A DNA stretch of 64,000 nucleotides, from NCBI GenBank assembly GCA_036274495.1, contig DASUFP010000039.1:11303-75302 (forward strand). Direction: 5' to 3'. Every line of letters begins with the position of its first letter. Positions within the stretch are counted from its first letter, which is position 1. Both the position numbers and the translations under genes were made by a program. The stretch is from Bacteroidia bacterium. GTDB taxonomy: Bacteria; Bacteroidota; Bacteroidia; AKYH767-A; OLB10. Below, one piece after another: positions 37,486 through 46,587 of the stretch. The notes under the pieces are model-generated. The model searched no databases and had not been told where the DNA came from. It saw only the letters and a list, made by a program, of their open reading frames with translations.

Positions 37486-37790
37486 AAACATGTCGATTAT
37501 TTTAACTATTTTCGACACGTTATTGGCTTATGTCGATTTTATCAACATATAGGACAAGTTTTAAATTCAACCATCATTTAAATATATTTATTTGATATTC
37601 AACTATATATCAAACATTTTAAGTGTTTGTAAACCTCTATCTTGAAATCCTAAAACGTACTTTATTGAAATTCAAATAAATATAACTTTCAAAAACAAAA
37701 TATCCTTAGAATAGTTGGGAAGACTCTTGCATGTGTCGATTTTATTGTAGATTTTCGACATATCGAAAGCTCATGTCGAGCCTGTATACA
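37486..37790. promoter_or_regulatory. Two copies of a 28-bp AT-spaced dyad TGTCGA-N16-TCGACA plus extra half-sites in the pVip-Fic intergenic region (candidate operator)
   Basis: tgtcgattattttaactattttcgaca at 37490-37517 and tgtcgattttattgtagattttcgaca at 37734-37761. Additional tgtcga half-sites at 37530 and 37774. Confidence 0.3.
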
Positions 37791-37794
37791 TATC

Positions 37795-38877
37795 ATGAAT
37801 AGAACAGACCCCTTTAATCAGCTTCCGGATTTACCTCCCAAAACGGACCTTGAAAGCCCGGAATTTCTCAAAGCCAGTATCAAAGCCAGCAGGTTATTAG
37901 CTGAATTGAAAGGGTATTGTCAAACACTCCCAAACCCCAGACTACTGATAAATACCATAGTGCTACAGGAAAGTAAAGATAGCTCCGCAATTGAAAATAT
38001 TGTTACCACCCAGGATGAACTGTACAGAGCAGTTGCTTCTATTGACGACGGAGATGGATTTGGTGCAGCAACAAAGGAAGTGTTATGGTATCGTGAAGCA
38101 CTGTACCATGGATTGGATTTAATGAGAAGCCGGGGGTTGACCACAAATACCCTCATTGCCATCATGCGGAAATTGAAAAATACAGATGAGGGTATTCGAA
38201 AAAACACAGGCACCAAGCTTGCTAATCCAACCACAAAAGAAATAATCTATACGCCACCCGAAGGAGAAACGCTCTTAAGAGAAAAACTCACTTCACTTGA
38301 AAAATTCATGCATAATGACAAGGATGATATTGATGTATTGATAAAAATGGCACTCATTCATTATCAATTTGAGGCAATTCACCCATTTTCCGATGGCAAT
38401 GGTAGAACAGGTAGAATTTTAAATGTGTTGTATCTGGTACAAAAGGAGCTATTAAATATCCCGGTATTATATATGAGTTCTTATATCATCCAAAGAAAAG
38501 GTGATTACTATCGTTTACTCCGTGAAGTAACAGAAAATCAAAATTGGAGAGGTTGGATATTGTTTATGCTTCAAGCTGTATCCGAGACGGCTGAAATCAC
38601 GCTTGCAAAGATTGATGAAATCCAGAAGTTGAAAAAGGAAATGACCGGAACGGTAAAAGATGTGCTAAAAAATTCATACAACAGCGAATTAGTCGATTTA
38701 ATGTTTAGCTTTCCGTATTTGAAAATTAAAATTTTGGAAAAACACGATATTGCCCAGAGACAAACTGCATCAGTGTACTTGCAAAAGCTCGCAAATGTTG
38801 GTATTCTCCAGCCTATGAAAGTCGGAAAGGAAATGTATTATATCAATCACAGACTCATGAAACTTTTTAGCAACTAA
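37795..38877 (+). CDS. Fic family protein (AMPylation/Fido domain with C-terminal winged helix)
   Basis: Canonical Fic motif HPFSDGNGRTGR. Confidence 0.85.
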   Translation: MNRTDPFNQLPDLPPKTDLESPEFLKASIKASRLLAELKGYCQTLPNPRLLINTIVLQESKDSSAIENIVTTQDELYRAVASIDDGDGFGAATKEVLWYREALYHGLDLMRSRGLTTNTLIAIMRKLKNTDEGIRKNTGTKLANPTTKEIIYTPPEGETLLREKLTSLEKFMHNDKDDIDVLIKMALIHYQFEAIHPFSDGNGRTGRILNVLYLVQKELLNIPVLYMSSYIIQRKGDYYRLLREVTENQNWRGWILFMLQAVSETAEITLAKIDEIQKLKKEMTGTVKDVLKNSYNSELVDLMFSFPYLKIKILEKHDIAQRQTASVYLQKLANVGILQPMKVGKEMYYINHRLMKLFSN

Positions 38878-38882
38878 TTTTT

Positions 38883-41861
38883 ATGTCATTTAATGAACTT
38901 AATGCGGTAGAACATTTTATCATTCACCAGTTAACCGGTGTAAATCTGAATGATGTTCAAAAGAGTCGTGCGGAAGATGGTCCGGTATCGTATGCAAACG
39001 AACCGAAGTGGAGATATGTTCAATCTGAACTGCTAAAACGGGATATATCTGATGTACTGCTGGAATCCGAATTGAAGGATGCTCTTTACAGATTAAATCC
39101 ACAGTTGAATGGTAGCTCTGAAAAGGCAGATGAAATAATTCATAAACTCAGAGCGATTCTAATAACAGTTAACAATGTAGGACTTGTAAGAGCTAACGAA
39201 GAGTTTTCAAAATGGCTCCGTAATGAAATGACGTTGCCTCTTGGTAAGAATCATGAACACATCACCATCAGGTTAATTGACTTTGAGCAGGTAGAAAACA
39301 ACAGTTATATTCTAACTAACCAATTAAACTTTCGGGCACGGGAAACTAAAATTCCTGACATCGTAATGTATGTCAATGGTATTCCGCTTGTAATTGGCGA
39401 AGCGAAGACACCGGTACGTCCTGCCGTGACCTGGTTTGATGGTGCCCATGACATTCATCAAATTTATGAGAATGCAATACCGCAACTATTCGTCCCAAAT
39501 ATCTTTTCATTTGCAACGGAAGGCAAAGAGCTGTTCATTGGTGGTGTCCGAACTCCACTTGAATTTTGGGCTCCCTGGCGAATTGAAGTCGAAAAAGACG
39601 AACTAAGTCATTTTGCCGGTCTGAACGATGTGGCGAAACAGCTAACACACTTGCTGAAACCCTCAACTGTTCTGGATATTCTCCAGTTCTACACAGTTTA
39701 TGCAACCAGCAGCAAGAAAAAGAAAATCAAAGTGGTGTGCAGGTATCAGCAATATGAGGGCGCAAATGGTATTGTGGAGCGTGTGAAAGAGGGGAAAATC
39801 AAGAAAGGACTCATTTGGCACTTCCAGGGTTCCGGTAAATCGTTGCTGATGTTGTTTGCAGCTCAGAAATTGCGAAAACAGCAAGACTTGCATAATCCTA
39901 CGGTCTTGATAGTGGTTGACCGAACCGACCTGGATACTCAGATAGCAGCAACTTTTAATACTGCCGAGGTTCCCAACATGGTTACAACCGACAACATAAA
40001 GCAACTGCACAAATTACTCGAACAAGATACCCGCAAAATCATTATCACCATGGTTCACAAGTTCAAGGAAGCGTATGCTGATATGAACACACGGGAGAAC
40101 ATCATTGTGATGGTGGATGAAGCTCATCGAACGCAAGAAGGTGATTTGGGTAGAAAAATGCGAAGCGCACTTCCAAATGCTTTTCTTTTCGGACTAACCG
40201 GTACTCCCATCAATAAAGCAGATAAAAACACTTTCTGGGCTTTTGGAGCTGAGCAGGATTCGGGAGGATATATGAGCCGGTATACTTTCCAGGACAGCAT
40301 CCGTGATAATGCTACCCTACCATTACATTTTGAACCCCGATTACCAAATTATCATATCGACAAAGAAAGTCTCGATGTTGCTTTCAGGGAGATGGCAAAT
40401 GACCTAAGTGAAGAAGACCGGAATAAACTTAGCCAGAAGGCTGCAAATATGTCGGTCTTTCTAAAATCTCCTGAGCGAGTAAAAACCATTGTTGCCGATA
40501 TCGCAGAACATTTTAAAGCACACGTTGAGCCGGAAGGTTTAAAGGCGATGATAGTTACTCCGGACAGGTATGCTTGCATCCAGTACAAGGAAGAACTGGA
40601 TAAACTCATGGGTGCTGAATGCAGTGCGGTTGTTATCAGTACATCCGCAAACGATGATTATGAATTCAAACAGAAATGGGGACTTGATAAAGATGCACAG
40701 GAAAAGGTGGTGGAGAAATTTAATGATTCTGATTCGCCATTGAAGTTTCTCATTGTGACAGCCAAACTTCTAACAGGGTTCGATTCTCCCATTCTGCAAA
40801 CCATGTACCTGGATAAATCATTAAAAGACCATACTCTCCTACAAGCGATTTGCAGAACAAACAGACTATTTCCCAATAAAACATTTGGTAGAATCGTAGA
40901 TTATTTCGGTGTGTTTGACGATACAGCCTCTGCCCTGGCGTTTGACGAAGCCAGTGTAAAGGCAGTTATCACTAATTTACAAGAGTTGCGTGACAAATTA
41001 CCTGAGTGGATTGACAAATGCCTTTCTCATTTCTCTGGAGTTGATAGGACTCTTGGCGGATTTGAAGGATTACAAAAAGCTCAGGATTGTATTAACACAA
41101 ATGAGAAGCGTGATGCATTCGCCAAAGACTACAGCAGCTTGTGCAAATTATGGGAAGCCCTTTCACCTGACCCGGTATTAAATCAATATCAGAAAGATTA
41201 CAAATGGCTGTCGCAGGTATATACAAGTGTAAAACCTGCTTCAGATGATAATGGCCGTTTGCTCTGGCATGCACTTGGTGCACAAACAACAGCTCTAATT
41301 CACGAACACATTCATGTTACAGGCATCAACAAAGAGATGGAAGAGTTGGTGCTGGATGCCGAAGTGATTGATGACTTAATGAATAAAAAAGACCCAAACA
41401 AGGCAAAGAAAGTGATGATTATATTAATTGGCCGTTTGAAGAAACACGGCAATAATCCAATCTTTAAAAAGCTAAGTGAACGACTGGAAATCATACGTAG
41501 CAAAGCAGAACAAGGCCTCATTAATTCAGTTGAGTTTATCAAGGAACTGTGTCAAATTGCGAAGGAGACACTGCAGGCGGAAAAAGGCATTGAAACTAAA
41601 GTCGAGCAGAAATCTGGCAAAGCTGCACTAACTGAATTGTTTTTGGAATTAAAAACCGACACCACTCCAGCAATCGTAGAACGAATCGTTAATGACATTG
41701 ACGAAATCGTTCGAATTGTCCGTTTTGACGGATGGCAGGATTCTACGGTAGGCGAGCGGGAAGTGAAAAAAGAACTCCGGAAGGTGCTTTGGACAAAATA
41801 TCAAATAAAAGATGAGGAGTTGTTTAATAGGGCGTATGATTATATAAGGGAATATTATTAA
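38883..41861 (+). CDS. hsdR: Type I restriction-modification system restriction subunit HsdR
   Basis: SF2 helicase motif I FQGSGKS and DEAH box VMVDEAHRTQ. Length 992 aa. It directly follows the hsdM/hsdS cluster. Confidence 0.9.
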   Translation: MSFNELNAVEHFIIHQLTGVNLNDVQKSRAEDGPVSYANEPKWRYVQSELLKRDISDVLLESELKDALYRLNPQLNGSSEKADEIIHKLRAILITVNNVGLVRANEEFSKWLRNEMTLPLGKNHEHITIRLIDFEQVENNSYILTNQLNFRARETKIPDIVMYVNGIPLVIGEAKTPVRPAVTWFDGAHDIHQIYENAIPQLFVPNIFSFATEGKELFIGGVRTPLEFWAPWRIEVEKDELSHFAGLNDVAKQLTHLLKPSTVLDILQFYTVYATSSKKKKIKVVCRYQQYEGANGIVERVKEGKIKKGLIWHFQGSGKSLLMLFAAQKLRKQQDLHNPTVLIVVDRTDLDTQIAATFNTAEVPNMVTTDNIKQLHKLLEQDTRKIIITMVHKFKEAYADMNTRENIIVMVDEAHRTQEGDLGRKMRSALPNAFLFGLTGTPINKADKNTFWAFGAEQDSGGYMSRYTFQDSIRDNATLPLHFEPRLPNYHIDKESLDVAFREMANDLSEEDRNKLSQKAANMSVFLKSPERVKTIVADIAEHFKAHVEPEGLKAMIVTPDRYACIQYKEELDKLMGAECSAVVISTSANDDYEFKQKWGLDKDAQEKVVEKFNDSDSPLKFLIVTAKLLTGFDSPILQTMYLDKSLKDHTLLQAICRTNRLFPNKTFGRIVDYFGVFDDTASALAFDEASVKAVITNLQELRDKLPEWIDKCLSHFSGVDRTLGGFEGLQKAQDCINTNEKRDAFAKDYSSLCKLWEALSPDPVLNQYQKDYKWLSQVYTSVKPASDDNGRLLWHALGAQTTALIHEHIHVTGINKEMEELVLDAEVIDDLMNKKDPNKAKKVMIILIGRLKKHGNNPIFKKLSERLEIIRSKAEQGLINSVEFIKELCQIAKETLQAEKGIETKVEQKSGKAALTELFLELKTDTTPAIVERIVNDIDEIVRIVRFDGWQDSTVGEREVKKELRKVLWTKYQIKDEELFNRAYDYIREYY

Positions 41862-41872
41862 AATATCTTAAC

Positions 41873-42676
41873 ATGGATTATAATATCAAGGAGCATGGGG
41901 ATTGGCTCGAAAAGCAGGCAGCAGACTATATTAATACAAATATTCCCGCATACGAACTGATTTGGAAATCGTTAATTGGTCACAAGGGAAATGGGCAAAT
42001 GGCGACAATGCAAAATCTCAATGATTCAGCAGCACGAACAAGAGTTGATTTTGCTCAACATCATTATACAATTCTTGAATCCCTTTATTTTATGCAATTG
42101 ATGGCAGATGATGAAAATAAAATCAAAACAATAATTTCATTTGAGCAATATAGAATAGTCATAAATCAAATAATGTCTTTTCAGGCATATTCGGGAAGGC
42201 TCAGAGATAATATAGGAGAGTGCTTTTTTTTAATAGCCCCCAAGGAAGAAGCCGAAAAAGCCATAAAAAAACTGGAAGAGTTTTACAACGAACGTCATAT
42301 TTATATTCACGGTAGAAAGGTTCCATTTTCAATTGATGCCGACAATATTTTTAAAATTGCTTTGGTAAAACGTAGTACTATTTCTTCTACAGGGTTTGGA
42401 AAAGATATGCCATGGGAATCCATTTCAGACAAAGAAATGAATTACTTAACTGATACATTCAATAAATCGCTCACTGAACTAAAACCATTAGTACAAGGAT
42501 TGCTGAGTAATCTTTACCAATTTGTAAATAAGTTTATACATAAAAGTGGCGGAAAGTTAATCTTTGGGTATTCTGCAAATTTGGAATCCCCAATTTCCTC
42601 ATCAATTAATCCGGCTCCTTCAGCATCGGCATATTTTCCGGATATAAATTCATCTGGCGGAAACTATTTGTCATAA
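41873..42676 (+). CDS. Hypothetical protein
   Basis: 267-aa ORF immediately downstream of hsdR. Confidence 0.35.
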   Translation: MDYNIKEHGDWLEKQAADYINTNIPAYELIWKSLIGHKGNGQMATMQNLNDSAARTRVDFAQHHYTILESLYFMQLMADDENKIKTIISFEQYRIVINQIMSFQAYSGRLRDNIGECFFLIAPKEEAEKAIKKLEEFYNERHIYIHGRKVPFSIDADNIFKIALVKRSTISSTGFGKDMPWESISDKEMNYLTDTFNKSLTELKPLVQGLLSNLYQFVNKFIHKSGGKLIFGYSANLESPISSSINPAPSASAYFPDINSSGGNYLS

Positions 42677-42711
42677 ATCTCCAGAATTTTCTAATCCAAA
42701 ACATGTAACTT

Positions 42712-44202
42712 TTGAAAGTATTACTGGATACAAATATTATTATTCATAGAGAAGCAAGTCGGGTAATCAACCAGGATATTGGAATCTTATTTAATTGGCT
42801 GGATAGACTACATTATATAAAATGCGTTCATCCACTTTCTGCAGACGAATTAGGTCGACATCAGGATATAAAGACCGTGCAAACTATGCATGCAAAGTTG
42901 CAGAATTACCAAATTTTGCAAACACCAGCACCCCTACATGAAAAAGTAAAACAAATAAGTTCTGGAATTGATGTTTCACCAAATGACATTGAAGATACAA
43001 AGCTTTTAAATGAGGTGTTTTGTGAAAGAGTAGATTTTCTAATTTCAGAAGATAAGAAAATTCACGCCAAAGCTGCTTTACTTGGAATTTCACCGAAAGT
43101 TTTTAGAATAGATTCCTTTTTAGAAAAGGTCACTGCAGAAAATCCCGATTTTGTAAATTATCAGGTCCTTTCTGTAAGAAGGGATTATTTTGGAAACATA
43201 AATCTTAATGATGAATTCTTTGATAGCTTTAGAGGTGACTATGTAGGATTTGACAAATGGTATAACGGGAAAGCTGGTGACAACGAAAAGGCATATGTTT
43301 GTTATGAAGAAGGCACTTTGAAAGCGTTTTTATTCCTCAAAGTAGAAAATGAAAATGAAAACTATTCTGAATTAAATCCGGGTTTTCCCAAAAAGAAAAG
43401 ATTAAAAATCGGCACCTTCAAAGTTGTAAGCAATGGATTACGTTTAGGCGAAAGGTTTCTAAAAATTATATTCGACAATGCCCGGCAATATAAAGTTGAT
43501 GAAATATATGTCACCATTTTTGATAAGCGGCCCGAATTGCTAAGCCTCATTAATCTACTTGAGAAATTTGGTTTTAGGTATCATGGTGAGAAAACATCTC
43601 AATCAGGAATTGAAAAAGTATATGTTCGTGATTTTTCTAAAATTACTGATGACCAAAACCCCAAAAATACATTTCCCTGGCTTTCCAAAACAAGTGATGT
43701 ATATATTATACCAATACGTCCTGAATATCATACCGATTTATTACCTGATTCAATGTTAAGAACTGAATCAGCCATCAATTTTATAGAAAATGAACCTTAT
43801 CGGAACGCTATTAGCAAAGTTTATGTGTCACATTCACAAACCCGTAATTTGAGAACAGGAGATATAATTGTTTTTTACCGTAGCGGAGGTATACATAAGG
43901 GTGTAGCAACTACAATTGGAATAGTTGAGAATGTGATTATTCCATCTACACTTGAAGAACTTATCAGTGTGTGCCGAAAACGGACCGTATTAACTGAATC
44001 CGAATTGGCAGAATACTGGAACAGGTTTTCAAACTTAAAACCATTCGTGATTAACTTCTTATATGCATTCTCATTTAAGAAACGGATGAATTTAAAAGGT
44101 ATGTTAGATAATGGTATACTTGCTAACATGGATATGGTGAAAACTATTACCAAAATGGAAAGAGAATCCTTAGTTAATCTAATAATTTCGTGCGGAATAT
44201 GA
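42712..44202 (+). CDS. Multidomain protein: N-terminal PIN-like nuclease domain + GNAT acetyltransferase-like domain + C-terminal ASCH/PUA-like domain
   Basis: MKVLLDTNIII...ISED gives the PIN acidic residues. RLKIGTFKVVSNGLRLGERFLK fits the GNAT R-x-x-G-x-G/A acetyl-CoA loop. The C-terminal VYIIPIRPEYHTDLLPD...GDIIVFYRSGG...IGIVENV resembles the ASCH fold. Confidence 0.45.
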   Translation: MKVLLDTNIIIHREASRVINQDIGILFNWLDRLHYIKCVHPLSADELGRHQDIKTVQTMHAKLQNYQILQTPAPLHEKVKQISSGIDVSPNDIEDTKLLNEVFCERVDFLISEDKKIHAKAALLGISPKVFRIDSFLEKVTAENPDFVNYQVLSVRRDYFGNINLNDEFFDSFRGDYVGFDKWYNGKAGDNEKAYVCYEEGTLKAFLFLKVENENENYSELNPGFPKKKRLKIGTFKVVSNGLRLGERFLKIIFDNARQYKVDEIYVTIFDKRPELLSLINLLEKFGFRYHGEKTSQSGIEKVYVRDFSKITDDQNPKNTFPWLSKTSDVYIIPIRPEYHTDLLPDSMLRTESAINFIENEPYRNAISKVYVSHSQTRNLRTGDIIVFYRSGGIHKGVATTIGIVENVIIPSTLEELISVCRKRTVLTESELAEYWNRFSNLKPFVINFLYAFSFKKRMNLKGMLDNGILANMDMVKTITKMERESLVNLIISCGI

Positions 44203-44570
44203 GAGTTGTTTTATCTATTAAACCGGAATTTGCAGACAAAATATTCGATGGCTCAAAGAAATTTGAGTTTCGAAGGAGCATCTTCAAAAATCCTGATGTA
44301 AGTCGAATCGTTGTGTATGCCTCTTCCCCGGTTCAAAAAATAATTGGAGAGTTTGAGGTTGAACAAATTTTAGTACATGACTTAAAAACTCTTTGGAATA
44401 TAACAAAGGATTATTCAGGTATTTCAAAGAATTATTTTTATGAATATTTTAATGATAAGGAGAAGGGATTCGCTATTAAAATTAAAAACACTAAGAAATA
44501 TAAAAAGCCGAAGTGTATACGAAAGGATTTCAACCTATTTCCCCCACAGTCCTTCTTGTATTTAATTTAA
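44190..44570 (+). CDS. ASCH domain protein
   Basis: VVLSIKPEFADKIFDGSKKFEFRR is the classic ASCH N-terminal signature. It overlaps the preceding gene by 13 bp. Confidence 0.7.
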   Translation: MRNMRVVLSIKPEFADKIFDGSKKFEFRRSIFKNPDVSRIVVYASSPVQKIIGEFEVEQILVHDLKTLWNITKDYSGISKNYFYEYFNDKEKGFAIKIKNTKKYKKPKCIRKDFNLFPPQSFLYLI

Positions 44571-44950
44571 GTATAACATTTGAGAATTGTATTTTACTAA
44601 ACATACATTCTCTCCTTTTTTCTAAATCCATTAAACTTTATTGTATATCAGAGACCTGCCAAAATTTGACGGGCTTAAACCAGGGAATCGGGGTCCTGCC
44701 ATTCCCTCTGAAGATAAGTACTGAACAAACTCCAATTTCTTAGGAGCTTATTTAACAGGCTATTTTTACACTCTTATATTCGTATCTTATTTTGTACCTA
44801 ATGCCTTATTTACTCATTGAAAGGAATACTTATTCTCGTGATTTACAGCATCATTTAAGAATTTCTGCTCAACCAATCAAGTATGATTCTTAAAATTTTT
44901 TCCGGCCAAATTTTTTTCTGAAATTTAGGGTGCGTATTAATAAGTAAATT

Positions 44951-45811
44951 ATGGAAGATAAGAAAACTCTCACGTTACGTGAATTTAACCTTTGCGGTGA
45001 AATTTCCATTCATAATTTCCGTACAGAAGCTGTCGGACTAACAGGCGACATAACAGATTTGTTAAGAATATACCTTGGACTTGATACCGATGAAGAAATT
45101 GAAAAGCTAATTTACAATTACCCTGTGGCCCTTGGCGAGGATGAAGAGGACGAAATTCACTATTTTAATTCAAAAACTTGGGTTGAAAAAACAATTTATA
45201 GGGCAATTGAAAAACTTTTTAAGCAGACCGGGTATGAGGTAGATTTCCATCCAGCGTTAGTATTGACACTTTTTTTGAAAAACAGATATAACTTTATTAA
45301 CATACCGGTTGATTTATTTGAAAAGGTTCAGTCGCCATATGAATTATATCAGTTTTTTAAAACTACGGATGATTCAACTTTGTCCAGTTTGAAAATAAAA
45401 TTAAGTACTTCGGTCAACACAAATATTTTAACATTGGATATTAAGTCCTATCAATTCATGAAACGGGCTATTGAATATTATTCAAATTCCCCAGATGGAG
45501 AACATTACATTGATGATATAAAATCGGATTACGCAATCATGTCAGGTATCATCGAAAAAATGCAGCAAGTAAATCAAAATAATATAAAACAAGCTAAGAA
45601 CGACTTTCGACATTACTTCATTCCAATCGTGGATAACTATTATCATAAAACAATTACTAATGCAAGACTAAGGTCACTTGTTATTGGGGAATTGCTGACA
45701 ATGATTATACCAAAGAGCATGGTTTTTAAAGGGAATTCCAGTAATATTGAAGCTAAGGCGGACTTCTATTATCGAAATATTCGGAAATATTTTCCGAAAA
45801 CAAAAAAATAG
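44951..45811 (+). CDS. Hypothetical protein
   Basis: 286-aa ORF. Confidence 0.35.
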   Translation: MEDKKTLTLREFNLCGEISIHNFRTEAVGLTGDITDLLRIYLGLDTDEEIEKLIYNYPVALGEDEEDEIHYFNSKTWVEKTIYRAIEKLFKQTGYEVDFHPALVLTLFLKNRYNFINIPVDLFEKVQSPYELYQFFKTTDDSTLSSLKIKLSTSVNTNILTLDIKSYQFMKRAIEYYSNSPDGEHYIDDIKSDYAIMSGIIEKMQQVNQNNIKQAKNDFRHYFIPIVDNYYHKTITNARLRSLVIGELLTMIIPKSMVFKGNSSNIEAKADFYYRNIRKYFPKTKK

Positions 45812-45994
45812 AGTAATTGTCTATGGTGTGGATATATTTTCAGAATTATAACACCATTGCAATCGCAATATGTTAAGGTTGTTACTGCTTATTTCCTGAG
45901 AAATGCTACTTATCGAATTTCGCAAATATTTTAAAGTAGCAACTGGGAAATTAACACCTGATAATTTTGCACTGAATTTCAAACTCAGTGTAAA

Positions 45995-46585
45995 ATGGAC
46001 ACAAACAAAGGTGGCAGAATTGCAAAAACTGCTTCAGACTATTTCGGCATCACTTCAGTAAGAGATGCTAATTTCAGAGAATTAAAAAGGAGGTTCGGAA
46101 GTGCCGGAGTGGATATTTATCTGCTCATTCTCCAATTGATGGCGCAATCTTCATTTTTTCTTTTTCCACTAAACCCTGTTAATCTTCGTAGAATCCAGGA
46201 AGAGGACCTTGTCAATCCGGAGAAATTCGATGCGGTTGTAAAATATTGCGTCGAAGAACTCCAGATTCTGGACAAGCCGTTATATGATAATGGGTATTTA
46301 TTCAGCGTGAACTTCGTCCGGACATTTAATAAAGCGGGTTTGTTTCGGCAACGCAAATACACAGCTGTTCATGTACTGAATGCCGCTAATCACTTTCGAC
46401 CTGGTCACCCACCCTTGACTCTTGAGGATAGGTTGGAAATGATAGCCCAGGGTAATCTTCCATCCGGAAATGGGCATGACAATAGTATTCAGGATGCTGA
46501 TGAGGATAAGCCTACCCCTCCTAAAAAGGATAATAATAATGATGACAATATACCTCTGCTGGGTGAAAATGAGCTTCCGTTCTGA
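45995..46585 (+). CDS. DUF4373 (Lin1244/Lin1753-like N-terminal domain) protein, typical of Bacteroidetes phage/integrative-element replication modules
   Basis: N-terminus GGRIAKTASDYFGITSVRDANFRELKRRFGSAGVDIYLLILQLM follows the DYF..D.N.R...+...G..G..IY pattern. It sits directly upstream of the integrase. Confidence 0.4.
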   Translation: MDTNKGGRIAKTASDYFGITSVRDANFRELKRRFGSAGVDIYLLILQLMAQSSFFLFPLNPVNLRRIQEEDLVNPEKFDAVVKYCVEELQILDKPLYDNGYLFSVNFVRTFNKAGLFRQRKYTAVHVLNAANHFRPGHPPLTLEDRLEMIAQGNLPSGNGHDNSIQDADEDKPTPPKKDNNNDDNIPLLGENELPF

Positions 46586-46587
46586 CC

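Noticed and set aside
41873-42676. Possible HEPN or Abi assignment for the 267-aa protein after hsdR
   Set aside because: No convincing Rx4-6H or other catalytic motif found by eye. Left as hypothetical.
44640-44720. Hairpin gggaat...attccc downstream of the ASCH gene as terminator
   Set aside because: The loop is long (12 nt) and there is no following T-run, so it is not convincing as an intrinsic terminator.
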